Below, piece by piece: positions 7,679 through 18,791 of a DNA stretch of 64,000 nt. This stretch comes from an uncultured delta proteobacterium. GTDB lineage: Bacteria; Desulfobacterota; RBG-13-43-22. Made by a program: the position numbers and the translations under genes. The notes under the pieces are model-generated. The model ran no database searches. It had not been told where the DNA came from and was given only the letters and a program-made list of their open reading frames with translations. The first letter of the stretch is position 1, and every line of letters begins with the position of its first letter. The stretch spans positions 96,001-160,000 of the forward strand of contig CAVQFQ010000021.1 in NCBI GenBank assembly GCA_963711835.1, read 5' to 3'.

Positions 7679-10582
7679 CTATCCTTCCCTGCCCTTTTGA
7701 TCTGCCCTGGGTTTGTCCTTCGGCAGCCTGACCCAAAAGCGGGTCCCCCGGCCTACCTGGCTGGCCACTTCGATAGTGCCTCCATGCTTGGTGACGATCC
7801 CATGGACGACCGAAAGTCCCAGCCCGACCCCCTTCCCTTCCTCCTTGGTGGTAAAAAAGGGCTCAAAAATATGGCCGAGATCCTCGGCTGGGATCCCGAT
7901 CCCGCTATCTTCAATCAGGAGGATTACGGTGTTCTCATTTTCATCATAGGAAAGCGCCAGCGTCAATTTGCCCCCTTCCGGCATGGCCTCGATGGCATTC
8001 CCTAAGAGATTCAAAATGACTTGATGGATTTGTTTGGCATCGCAGAGGACCAAGGGGAGATAAGCCGGTATCTTTTTCTCCAGGACAATGGATTTCAGCT
8101 TGAGTTCGTGTCCGATTAAGGTTAGGGAAAGATCGACTAATTCCCTTAAATCCACCCATTCAATCTTCGGCTTGGTCTGCCTGGAAAAATCAAGGAGGTT
8201 TTTTACAATGTCGCCGCAACGGGCCGTTTCGCTTTCCATGGTAGCCAGATAACGCCGGATATCCGTTAAGCGGTTCTCCGGGAGAGGCTCCTTAGCGAAC
8301 AGCTTTATCAGCAAGGTGATATAGGTCAATACCGAGGTGATGGGGTTATTGATTTCGTGGGCCACCGTCGCGGCCAACCGGCCCAGGGAGGCCAGTTTTT
8401 CGCGATGATAGATATGTTCATGGGCGGCTTTAAGTTCCTGGTAAGCACGGCAGGTTTCCTGATAAAGGTGCGCATTTTCGATGGCCATGCCAATCGGCCG
8501 GCCGATAGCCGTCAAAAACTTGACGTCCTGCCGGGAAAATTTATTCTGAAGGCGGCTGGTGGAACAAAGAACCCCCACCACCGATCCTTTGGAGACCAGG
8601 GGTATATAAACCGCCGACTGCAGAATCTCCCGGGCTATTTCTTCTTTAAAAACGCTCTCCGCTTCTTGAAAGTTATCTATTAGGACGGCGCGATCGCTTT
8701 GAGCGGCCTGCCCCAGGATTCCCTGGCCTACTTTTCGCTTTTGGATGTAAGGCTTGGCAATAAAGTCATCCGTGAGTCCCCTGGCCACGACCAGGTTCAG
8801 TGTTTCCTTTTTTTCGTCCAGCCGGTAGATGCGCAAACTGTTCCCCTTCAGGACCTCCATCAGTTTATCGGCCACTTGATTGAAGAGTTCTTCCAAAAAC
8901 AGCGATTGATTTAAGAGCCGGGAAATCTCATTAATGGAGGCCAGCTCAATATTCTGCTGACGAAGGGCCTCCTCTTTAAGCCGCAGGAGGTAAATATCCC
9001 TGACAAAGGCCTCATAAGAAATAATCTGGCCGTTTTCATCGCTGATGGCATTGGCCGAGATTAAAACCGGCAGGAGGTAGCCGGGCTTGGCCAGGAGGGT
9101 GGTTTCGTAATCCCGGATGATGCCCTTCCGAAGGAGTTTGGTTTTAAAGGGCTCAAAGGCGGCCTTCTCCGAAAAAAGGTCCTTCAGCGAGCCGAACTCC
9201 AAGATTTCCTCCCGGCTGAATCCATCCAGAAGTCGTAATCCGGCCGGATTAATATCGATGATTTTCAGGTCCTGGTTCAGCAACAGGATCATATCCAGGG
9301 AGCGCTCGAAAATAGTCCGATATCTTTTCTCGGAGCTTTGAAGTTCTTGAATGCGTTCGGCCACCTGTTCATCCAGCGGTGCGGTCGAACTGCCGAGCTT
9401 TTGGGCCAGCCTCCGGGTTTGATCTATGTCCGTGGCCGCCAGGATCACGGAGATGACCTCCCCGAAGTCATTTTTGACCGGGGTCGCCCTGACTTCAAAA
9501 GTTGCGCTGCTCCCATCCTTCAGGATAACCAGGTCCTGATTGGTAACCACCTCTCCCTTTTCAAAACAGCTCTTTACCGGACAGTCCGGACAGGGTTCGG
9601 TCCGTCCTTTCCAGGCCTGGTAACAGGTGCCTTCCGGATCGACCAGAAAATCTCTTCTCACCAGATCGTTGCACATCGTTATTTGGTAATCCGGATTGAT
9701 GGACATCACGTAATTGGTGACGCTCTGGATCAGGGTCCGATAGTCTTTCCTTTTTTCAAGCAGGTCCCGGGTCCGGTCCTTGAGATTGTTGCCCAGTTTA
9801 TTAAAAGCCTGAGCCAATTTCCCTATCTGGTCCTTGGCCTGGTCCGGGATATGGACATCAAAATCACCGCCAGCCATTTGGAGGGCCCCCTCCGTAAGTC
9901 GATTGACCGGTTTTATCACCAGGAAAAGAACCAACAGATATATGGTGGCCGAGATGGAGAGGTAGAGCAGGATGGAAAGGAGAATGATCCAGGGAAGTTG
10001 TCCCTTGATCCTGTCCCCCATCCTGGCCAGGGACATATCAATATCCAACACCCCCAGAACTTCGACCCCCTTGGGATGGGCATGACAGGAAGCGCTGCTG
10101 CAGGAGGGTTCATTATAGATAGGATTAATGATCCCGAGTAGCTTGGCCGAATCCGGCCCCTTGAAGATTCGGGTCCGGGAAGAAGAGGAAAGGCGGCTCA
10201 GAGGCTGTTCCCGGGTGTGGCAGCCGAAGCAGGCTTCAGCCTGCTTATCCACTACCCGGCCCACTTCCTCCGAACGCGTGGAAAGCATGATGACTCCCTG
10301 GCGGTTAAAAATCCGGACCCTTTCCACCCCTTCCTCCCGGCTGACGGCCTCGATGATGCGTTGAACGTTCTCCCGGCGATCGTTAAGCATATCGTTGCGG
10401 GTACTGTTCTTGACCGTATTACTGAACCGGTGGGCATTCTCTATGGTTTCATTCAGGAAGGCCTTTTGCCCAAAGCGGATATGGATAAAAAGGAACAGAG
10501 CGATAACCAGCCCCAAAACCAGCCAGATGGCCAGGATCAGTTTGGCATTAAGATTTCCCCGGAGGGTGGTAAAAAGGGACAT
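7679..10582 (-). CDS. membrane sensor histidine kinase (periplasmic CxxCH domain, HAMP, 2x PAS, GAF, HisKA, HATPase)
   Basis: Two TM helices flanking CFGCH and CSSASCHAH; HAMP; AHEINNP H-box; N box, [19 protein letters not shown]. Confidence 0.95.
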   Translation of the reverse strand: MSLFTTLRGNLNAKLILAIWLVLGLVIALFLFIHIRFGQKAFLNETIENAHRFSNTVKNSTRNDMLNDRRENVQRIIEAVSREEGVERVRIFNRQGVIMLSTRSEEVGRVVDKQAEACFGCHTREQPLSRLSSSSRTRIFKGPDSAKLLGIINPIYNEPSCSSASCHAHPKGVEVLGVLDIDMSLARMGDRIKGQLPWIILLSILLYLSISATIYLLVLFLVIKPVNRLTEGALQMAGGDFDVHIPDQAKDQIGKLAQAFNKLGNNLKDRTRDLLEKRKDYRTLIQSVTNYVMSINPDYQITMCNDLVRRDFLVDPEGTCYQAWKGRTEPCPDCPVKSCFEKGEVVTNQDLVILKDGSSATFEVRATPVKNDFGEVISVILAATDIDQTRRLAQKLGSSTAPLDEQVAERIQELQSSEKRYRTIFERSLDMILLLNQDLKIIDINPAGLRLLDGFSREEILEFGSLKDLFSEKAAFEPFKTKLLRKGIIRDYETTLLAKPGYLLPVLISANAISDENGQIISYEAFVRDIYLLRLKEEALRQQNIELASINEISRLLNQSLFLEELFNQVADKLMEVLKGNSLRIYRLDEKKETLNLVVARGLTDDFIAKPYIQKRKVGQGILGQAAQSDRAVLIDNFQEAESVFKEEIAREILQSAVYIPLVSKGSVVGVLCSTSRLQNKFSRQDVKFLTAIGRPIGMAIENAHLYQETCRAYQELKAAHEHIYHREKLASLGRLAATVAHEINNPITSVLTYITLLIKLFAKEPLPENRLTDIRRYLATMESETARCGDIVKNLLDFSRQTKPKIEWVDLRELVDLSLTLIGHELKLKSIVLEKKIPAYLPLVLCDAKQIHQVILNLLGNAIEAMPEGGKLTLALSYDENENTVILLIEDSGIGIPAEDLGHIFEPFFTTKEEGKGVGLGLSVVHGIVTKHGGTIEVASQVGRGTRFWVRLPKDKPRADQKGREG

Positions 10583-10777
10583 GGTTTATCCCTAAATGGA
10601 TACCGGACCTTTAAGAACCTTTAACCGACTCTGACTGAAACAAACGGCTTCTTGCAGTATCGGGAAGTATTATATCAGGTTGCTGAAAATTCCGGGGGGA
10701 TTTCTTTTTAAGTGAATGCCCTGCACCTAACCCCTTTAGCCGTCCGGGCCGGGATGGGACGATGAGTTACCCTTTGG

Positions 10778-10840
10778 ACAACCCCAGAGAAGAAGACCCC
10801 TCGGTCCCTGGTGGTCACTATTATTTTGAAACCCTTAATA
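10778..10840. repeat. partial copy of the 4225-4353 element
   Basis: 10794-10840 matches 4307-4353 at 44/47 nt. Confidence 0.8.
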
Positions 10841-11007
10841 ATTCAACGCTTTGAAAATAAATCACATTTTCCCGAACAGGCCCTTTCGAAATAAATTGGA
10901 TCTTGACAAAGGAAGGAATTTATTATTATTTAGAAAGGTTTAAATGCGATTAAATCAGATATTTTTACTGTCAACGGATACCTTAGAAATTGATGTGAGG
11001 CGACACG

Positions 11008-14000
11008 ATGGATTCAATGCATTCCCCTAAAAAGACGGTCGGTTCGGTCATGGTGGTCGGGGGCGGTATTGCCGGCATGCAGGCCGCCCTGGATCTGGCC
11101 AACTCCGGTTTTTACGTTTACCTGGTTGAAAAATCACCGGCCATCGGCGGGGTCATGGCCCAACTGGACAAAACCTTCCCGACCAATGACTGCGCCATGT
11201 GAATCATCTCTCCCAAGCTGGTCGAGGTCGGCCGGCACATCAATATTGAACTCCTCCCCACAGCGACCGTAGAGGCTATTCAGGGAGAAGAAGGAGATTT
11301 TTTCGTTACCGTCCGTCAAGCCCCTCGTTTTATTGATTTGAATAAATGCACGGCCTGCGGAGACTGCCCCACGGTTTGCCCGGTAACCCGGCCCAATGAA
11401 TACGATTGGGGCTTAAGTTCCCGGAAGGCCACCTACAAACCGTACGCTCAAGCCATCCCGGGAGGGTATTGTATCGAAAAAAAGGATCGGGCCCCCTGTG
11501 GTCTGGCCTGCCCGGCCAACTTAAATGTCCAGGGTTATGTGGCCATGGTCAAGGAGGGCAAGTACCGGGAAGCCATCGAAATAATTTTGGAAAAACTTCC
11601 TCTGCCCGGCGTCCTGGGACGGGTTTGCGTCCATCAGTGCGAAAAGAGCTGCCGGCGTCTGGAAAAAGAGGAGGCGGTTTCCATCCGGGAATTAAAACGG
11701 GTGGCCGCCGAACAAGTTGACTTATCCGGCCTGCCTATTCCGGCCATTGAACCGAACGGAAAGCATGTGGCCGTTATCGGTTCAGGTCCCTCGGGATTAA
11801 CCGCGGCCTACTTCCTGGCCTTAAAAGGCTATCAGGTAAGGATCTATGAGGCCATGCCCGAGGCCGGCGGCATGCTGCGCTATTGCATCCCGACCTACCG
11901 CCTTCCGCGATCCATCTTGGATGCCGAAATCGCCTTTATCCAGCGCCATGGGGTGGAGATTCTAACCAATACCCCTCTTGGAAAGGACCTCACCCTGGAT
12001 GACCTTCTCGGCCATGGGACTGATGCGGTTTACCTGGCTACCGGGGCCCACCAGGGATTACGAATGGGCATCCCCGGGGAGGATGAACTCCAGGGGGTGG
12101 TTGATGTGGTCTCTTTTCTCCGGGATGTCCACCTGGGGAAACGGACCCAGGTTTCGGGCAAAGTAGTCGTGGTCGGGGGCGGGCATTCCGTACTCGATGC
12201 CGCCGTAACCTCGGTGCGAATGGGCGCGAAGGAGGTCCACATCGTCTATAGGCGTTCCCGCCAGGAGATGCTGGCCGATCAGGCGGAAGTGACCATGGCT
12301 GAAGTGGCCGGGGTCAAAATCCACTTTCAGGTAGCGCCCCTGCGCTTGGTCGGGGAAAAGGGCCAGGTCATCGGCATGGAATGTATCCGAACCCGCCTGA
12401 TGGAACCGGACAGCACCGGCCGCAGAAAACCGGTACCGATAGCCGGGTCGGAAATCTTTTTTGAAGCCGACACCGTCATCTCCGCCATCGGGCAGGAGCC
12501 CGACTTGCGTTATTTAGGAAATGATTCCGGGCTGGCCATCTCCAAGTGGGGCCTTTTGGTCACCAACCCGGCCACCCTTCAGACCAATCGGCCTAACGTC
12601 TTTGCCGGCGGGGATTGCATTACCGGGCCGGCAACGGCCATCGAGGCCGTAGAAGCCGGACAGCGGGCCGCCCATTACATCGACCGCTATCTTCAGGGCC
12701 TGGAACTCCCTCAGGAATGGGAGGAAGAGCCCCCGGTCCGGGGGGACTGGCTGCCCATTGCCCCGGCCGAACCGATCCGCCAACGCCGGCGCATTCCCTT
12801 CATCGAAGAATCAAAGGTTCAACAGGGTGTTTCCATCATAACCCAGGAGGTTATTAACGACCTGGCAACGGAGGAAGCGGACCGCTGCCTGGATTGCGGC
12901 GTCTGCTGCGAATGTTTCCAGTGCGTCTCGGCTTGTAAAGCCGGTGCGGTGGATCATTCCCAGCAGGAAAAGGTCCATACCTTAGAGGTGGGGGCGGTCA
13001 TCCTGGCCCCCGGATTTCAGCCCTACGACCCCTCCCGACTTCGATACCTATGAGTATGCCCATCACCCCAATGTGGTGACCAGCATTGAATATGAACGGA
13101 TCCTTTCCGCTTCCGGGCCCACCATGGGACACCTGGTCAGGCCGTCCGATCATAAGGAACCCAGGAAGATAGCCTGGCTGCAATGCGTCGGATCCCGGGA
13201 CGTCAACCACTGCGACCATGCTTATTGTTCCTCGGTCTGCTGCATGGTCGCTATTAAAGAAGCCGTCATTTCCAAAGAACACAGCCGGGGAGACCTGGAT
13301 TGCGCCATATTTTATATGGACATGCGCACTTACGGCAAGGATTTTGAGAGATACTATGAGCGGGCCAAAAATGAAAGCGGGGTTCGATTTATCCGCTCCC
13401 GCATTCACTCCATTACCCCTCTGGGGGAGAAAGAAGACCTGGCCATTCACTATGTGACCGAGTCGGGGGAGATCAAGGAGGAGGTCTTTGACCTGGTCGT
13501 CCTGTCGGTAGGCATGGAAACCCCGGATCAGGTCATAAAGACCGGAAAGGCCCTGGGGATTGAGATGGACCAACACGCCTTTGCCCTGACCTCCGCGGCC
13601 AGGCCCGTGGCCACCTCCAGGCCGGGCATCTATGTCTGCGGGGCCTTTCAGGAACCCAAGGACATCCCGGTTTCGGTCATGGAGGCCTCGGCCGCAGCCA
13701 GTGAAGCCGCGGCCAAACTCTCGGAAGCCAGAAATACCCTGATCAAGGAACGCTCCTTTCCGGCAGAACGGGAGGTCTCCGGCCAGGAAGCCCGCGTCGG
13801 CGTTTTCGTCTGCAACTGCGGCATCAATATCGGAGGTATCGTCCGGGTTCCGGAAGTGGCGGCCTATGCCCGCAGCCTGCCCGGCGTTCACTATGTGGAA
13901 GAAAATCTTTTCACCTGCTCCCAGGACACGCAGGAAAAAATGAAAGAGGTTATTGAGAAGGAAAAGCTTAACCGGATCGTAGTGGCGGCCTGCACCCCCA

Positions 14001-15466
14001 GGACCCATGAACCCCTTTTTCAGGAGACCCTGCGGGATGCCGGATTAAACAAGTATCTGTTTGAGATGGCCAACATCCGGAATCAGTGTTCCTGGGTCCA
14101 CAACCAGGATCCGGATGGAGCCACCCGGAAGGCCAAGGACCTGGTCCGCATGGCCGTAACCCGGGCCAATCTGATCCAGCCCTTGTTGCAGCCGAAACTC
14201 CCGGTTACCAGAAAGGCCCTGGTCGTCGGAGGAGGGATCGCCGGCCTGACCGCCGCCCTGAACCTGGCCGAGCAGGGGTTTCCGACCCACCTGATCGAAG
14301 AAAAGGATATCCTGGGCGGAAACGCCCGGCATTTGATAACAACCTGGAAAGGGGATCCCATTCAACCCCTGATCTCCGACTTGATCCAAAAGGTTCAAGC
14401 ACACCCGCATCTGCAAATTCATCTCAAGACCAAGGTGAAGGAAGTCCAGGGGTTCCTGGGGAATTTTGTAACCACGGTCTCCAACGGCCAAGGCGATCAG
14501 GTCATCGAACATGGCGCCATGATTCTGGCCACCGGCGGGAAAGAGTTCAGTCCCAGGGAATATTTATACGGTCAGGATCCCAGAGTAATGACCCATCTGG
14601 AACTGGATCAGGCCATAATCCGGGGAGATTCCCGGATTAAAGAGGCCCAACGTGCCGTCTTCATTCAGTGCGTCGGCTCCAGAGAACCGGAACACCCCTA
14701 TTGCTCCAAGGTCTGTTGCACCCACTCTTTGAAATCCGCCCTTTATTTAAAGGAGCTGAATCCCGACCTGGAGTGCATTATCCTTTACCGGGATTTACGG
14801 GCCTACGGCACCCGGGAAATCCTTTACCAGGAGGCCCGCAGTCAGGGGGTGCTGTTCGTTCGTTATGACCCGGATCACAAACCCCGGGTGGAAAAGGACG
14901 ACCGGGGAAACCTGCAGGTGAAAATCTTAGACCATGTTTTAGGCCGGGAGATCATCCTGGATGCGGACTTGGTCGGACTGGCTTCCGCCATCCTGCCCCA
15001 GGACAACAGCCCCTTAGCCCAACTCTGCAAGGTGGCGGTCAACGAGGACGGGTTCTTTATGGAAGCCCATGCCAAGCTGCGCCCGGTGGATTTTTCCACC
15101 GACGGCATTTTTGTAGCCGGGCTGGCCCACTATCCCAAGCCGATCGAGGAAAGTATCACCCAGGCCCTGGCTGCCGCTTCCCGGGCCGGCGTGGTCTTGT
15201 CCCAGAACTTTATCGAAGCCGAGGGTGTGGTTTCCCATATCAACGAAGACCTTTGCCGGGGCTGCGGCCAATGTGCCGAGATCTGCGCCTATAAGGCCGT
15301 GGAGCTGATAACCAACGAGGCCGGACTAACCGTGGCCCGGGTCAACGAGGCCGTCTGCAAGGGCTGCGGCCCCTGCGCGGTCGTCTGCCCTACCGGAGCG
15401 GCCAGCCTGCGCCATTTCAACGACGGACAGGTCTTGAAGATTCTGGAAGCGGCTTTGGCAGCTTGA
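11008..15466 (+). CDS. hdrL: HdrL-type selenoprotein (HdrA with inserted GltD-like NAD(P)H/FAD oxidoreductase); Sec at 11200; +1 frameshift at 13034-13036
   Basis: ORFs 11008..11202 and 11338..13053 are one frame joined through TGA in [17 protein letters not shown]; deleting one C restores [21 protein letters not shown] into 13073..15466 ([30 protein letters not shown]-terminal ferredoxin). About 1485 aa if repaired. Confidence 0.88.
11217..11236 (+). promoter_or_regulatory. SECIS-like hairpin (hdrL)
   Basis: GCTGGTCG-AGGT-CGGCCGGC, 14 nt after the UGA. Confidence 0.65.
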
Positions 15467-15472
15467 AAGATA

Positions 15473-15562
15473 AAGGGTTCAGGAGTCCAGGGTTCAAGGG
15501 TACGGGATCGATGGAAAAATGAGCCTCTCTCGACCCCTCGACCCCTTAATCCTTGAACCCTT
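15473..15562. repeat. inverted arrays of degenerate 8-mers
   Basis: AGGGTTCA GGAGTCCA GGGTTCAA ... CTCGACCC CTCGACCC ... CTTGAACCC. Confidence 0.7.
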
Positions 15563-15608
15563 AAAATATACTATTGCGACTTTACATTTTTTAGCTTAGG
15601 AGTTTTCA

Positions 15609-16028
15609 ATGGCTTCTGAATTCGAACCACGCATCATCGCCTTTACCTGCAACTGGTGCGCCTATTCGGCAGCGGACCTGGCCGGGGTCAGCCGATTGCA
15701 GTATCCCTCTAATGTGCGGATCATAAGGCTCATGTGTTCCGGGAAAGTCAATCCCAATTTCGTCCTCAAGGCCTTTGAACTGGGGGCCGACGGGGTCCTG
15801 GTCGGCGGCTGACACATCGGTGACTGTCATTACCAGGATGGTAATGTGAAGGCCCAAAAAGTCATCGCCATGGCCCGCGAGTTAATGGCCCTTCTGGGAA
15901 TCGACGACGATCGCCTCCGGCTGGAATGGATCTCCTCGGCTGAAGGAGGACGTTTTGCCCAGGTCATGTCCGATTTTACCCGGCAGCTAAAGGAAAAGGG
16001 TTCCTTTTCACAAAGGATGGCCTCATGA
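15609..16028 (+). CDS. mvhD: MvhD/FlpD 2Fe-2S subunit, selenoprotein (Sec at 15810)
   Basis: [52 protein letters not shown]; ORFs 15609..15812 and 15846..16028 share a frame. Confidence 0.93.
15828..15846 (+). promoter_or_regulatory. SECIS-like hairpin (mvhD1)
   Basis: CATTACCA-GGA-TGGTAATG, 15 nt after the UGA; absent at the same place in the Cys-encoding paralogue. Confidence 0.7.
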
Positions 16029-17161
16029 AGACCCAGAGCATAGAAGAAATGGTTCAAGAAACCCAGACCTACTACTGTTTGGATTGCGGGGTTTGCACCG
16101 GGAGCTGCCCGGTGGCCCGGGTTCATCCGGCCTTTTCCCCTCGTTTGATCGTCGAGCAATCGTTAATCGGTCTGGAGGAGGTTACGGACCAGGAGATCTG
16201 GTCCTGTCTGACCTGCGCCCGCTGCAGTGTGCGCTGCCCGGCCAATATCAACTTCCCGGAGTTCGTCCGCCTGCTGAGGGACGAGGCTTTCCAGAAAGGC
16301 ATCGAAGGCCTCTACGCCCATAACGGCATGTTGCAGACCATCATGGCCCTGCAGACCCGGCCGCTCCAACAGAACCGCCTGGCCTGGCTGACCGGGGCCG
16401 AAAAAGTGAGCGACCGGGGAGACTATTTCTATTTTGTCGGCTGCCGGCCCTATTTTGATGTCATCTTCCGGGATATCGAGGCCGGGTCCATCCAGGGGGG
16501 CCGTAATGTGATCCGGTTGATCAATGCCGCCGGCATTATCCCGGCGGTCTCCAACCAGGAACGCTGCTGCGGCCATGACGCCCTCTGGAGCGGCCATGAG
16601 GAACAGTTCAAAGCCCTGGCCCGGATTAATATCGAGACCATCAAGGCCTCCGGCGCTAAGGCGGTTATCCTGTCCTGTCCCGAAGGGTATTATACCTTTA
16701 AAGAGCATTACCCCCGGTTTTTCGGAAAGCTTGATTTCGAAGTCCTTCACCTGCAGGAATTCCTGGTCACCATGATCCGGGAGAAGGGAATCACCTTCAA
16801 GTCCCTGGAGGGGACCGCTACCTATCATGACCCCTGCCGCCTGGGAAGAATGGCCGGTATCTATGAGGCCCCCCGGGAACTGATCCGGATGATTCCGGGC
16901 TTAACCCTGGTGGAGATGGAACGGTCCCGCGAGAACGGGGTTTGCTGCGGGACCAGCGCCTGGAGCAACTGCTCCAGTTGCTCCAAGGCCATCCAGCTGG
17001 AGCGGCTTCAGGAAGCCCTGGCCACCGGGGCCGGCACGCTGATCACGGCCTGCCCCAAATGCGAAATCCATCTCTCCTGCGCCTTAAAGGCCAATCCCAT
17101 GGCCATTCAGGTAAAAGATTTGAATGACCTGTTAATAGAAACGATGAACGCTGAATGCTGA
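16025..17161 (+). CDS. hdrD: HdrD-like Fe-S oxidoreductase (2x[4Fe-4S] plus two CCG domains)
   Basis: CLDCGVCTGSCP, CLTCARCSVRCP, ERCCG, YHDPC, VCCG, TACPKC. Confidence 0.88.
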   Translation: MKTQSIEEMVQETQTYYCLDCGVCTGSCPVARVHPAFSPRLIVEQSLIGLEEVTDQEIWSCLTCARCSVRCPANINFPEFVRLLRDEAFQKGIEGLYAHNGMLQTIMALQTRPLQQNRLAWLTGAEKVSDRGDYFYFVGCRPYFDVIFRDIEAGSIQGGRNVIRLINAAGIIPAVSNQERCCGHDALWSGHEEQFKALARINIETIKASGAKAVILSCPEGYYTFKEHYPRFFGKLDFEVLHLQEFLVTMIREKGITFKSLEGTATYHDPCRLGRMAGIYEAPRELIRMIPGLTLVEMERSRENGVCCGTSAWSNCSSCSKAIQLERLQEALATGAGTLITACPKCEIHLSCALKANPMAIQVKDLNDLLIETMNAEC

Positions 17162-17221
17162 ATAATGAGTGAAAACAAAAAGGACTATCATTCCGCAGCA
17201 TCATTTTTTTAAGGAGTTGAT

Positions 17222-18736
17222 ATGAGTCGCGATGTATTAGTCATCGGAGGAGGGATTGCCGGGATCCAGGCCTCCCTGGATCTGGCTGAAATGGGCCTCC
17301 AGGTCCACCTGGTGGAAAAGCTTCCCAGTATCGGGGGCAAGATGGCCCAGTTGGACAAGACCTTCCCGACCAACGATTGTGCCATCTGAATCCTTTCGCC
17401 CAAGTTGCTGGATGCCGGTCGGCATCCCAGGATCAGGCTCCTGGCCTACAGTGAAGTGGAAGGATTTTCCGGAGAAGCCGGCAGTTTCTCGGTTACGGTG
17501 CGCAAGAGGGCCCGCTATGTGGATGAAACCAAGTGCACCGGCTGCGGCTCCTGCGCCGAAAAGTGCCCGACCGAGGTCTCCGACGACTTCAATATGGGTC
17601 TGGCCAAACGCAAGGCCATTTATAAACATTTCCCCCAGGGGATTCCTTCGGTCTTTACCATCGACACCCGTTATTGCCGTCAATTTACCGGCAAAAAATG
17701 CGGCGTCTGTAAAAAAACCTGCCAGGCCGGGGCCGTTGATTTTGAGCAGCAGGACCAGGTGCTGACTTTTGAGGTCGGTGCGGTCGTGATCGCCATAGGC
17801 TATGAATTGTTTGATGCCGAACGGATCCCGGAGTACGGTTATAAAAAAATGCCCAATGTGATTTCGGCCATGGAGTTCGAGCGCCTCCTCTCGGCCAGCG
17901 GCCCTACCCATGGCCACGTGGAACGCCCTTCCGATCTGGCGGCCAAGGCCCGTTTGGCTGAACTGGCCAAAGATCTCCAGCGAACCCAGCGGGTTCTGGA
18001 AAGTTATGAAAAAAAGGCCGGTCTGACCTCGGCTGAATTCTTCCAAAAATATCAGGCCCGGGAGATCGAAGGCAATGGGGATGAAAAGGCCTGGGCCGAA
18101 AAATATCTGGCCTTTCAGAAGATCCAGGGTGAAAATGAATGCCTGACTCAAAAGGTAGCCCAGTTCGCAATCGCCAGAAAGCTGGCTTTCATCCAATGTG
18201 TCGGTTCGCGTGATTTTCGCTTTCACCCCTACTGTTCCAGCTACTGCTGCATGCACACGATCAAGGAAGCCATTATCGCCAAGGAACATGCCCCGCAAAC
18301 CGAATCCACCGTCTTTGCTATGGACTTGAGGACCGTGGGGAAAGGCTTTGAAGAATATAAGCTGCGCGGGGCCGACGAATCGGGAATCCGCTATATCCGG
18401 GGCCGGGTGGCCGAAATTACCCAGGATGCGGACTTCCATCCCATGGTCTGGTACGAGGATACCAAAAACCGCCTGGTCGAGCACATGGACGCCGACCTGG
18501 TCATCCTGGCCAATGCCTGTGTGGCCACCCCCGGCGCCAATCAACTGGCCCGGATTCTGGGAGTTGATCTGGATGAAAATAATTTCATCAAGACCGATCC
18601 CCTGGAGCCGCTGTCCACCAACGTCCCGGGGATCTATACCTGCGGCTGCGCCCAGGGTCCCATGGATATCCCGGAATCCGTGGCCCAGGCCAGCAGCGCG
18701 GCCGCCAAAGCGGCCGAAGGTGTTCTAAAATGCTGA
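17222..18736 (+). CDS. hdrA: HdrA-like FAD/Fe-S subunit, selenoprotein (Sec at 17387), with ~76-aa insertion
   Basis: ATG 17222 with AGGAG SD; [25 protein letters not shown] in frame with ORF 17405..18736; QCVGSRD, YCSSYCC. Confidence 0.92.
17410..17427 (+). promoter_or_regulatory. SECIS-like hairpin (hdrA)
   Basis: GGATGCC-GGTC-GGCATCC, 20 nt after the UGA. Confidence 0.65.
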
Positions 18737-18791
18737 ATGAGGCCTTTCTTCCTCCTTCCCCATTCATCATTTCTTAAAAAGGAGAGTTATC

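Noticed and set aside
10849-10868. Rex operator upstream of hdrL (TTTGAAAATAAATCACA)
   Set aside because: Half-site spacing is one base too long relative to TTGTGAA-N4-TTCACAA.
10903-10932. sigma-70 promoter for hdrL
   Set aside because: TTGACA is present but the best -10 hexamers lie at 15 or 18 nt spacing; plausible but not called.
13051-13053. TGA ending ORF 11338..13053 as a sixth Sec codon
   Set aside because: Not at a Cys position, and the HdrA homology continues in a different frame; it is a frameshift consequence.
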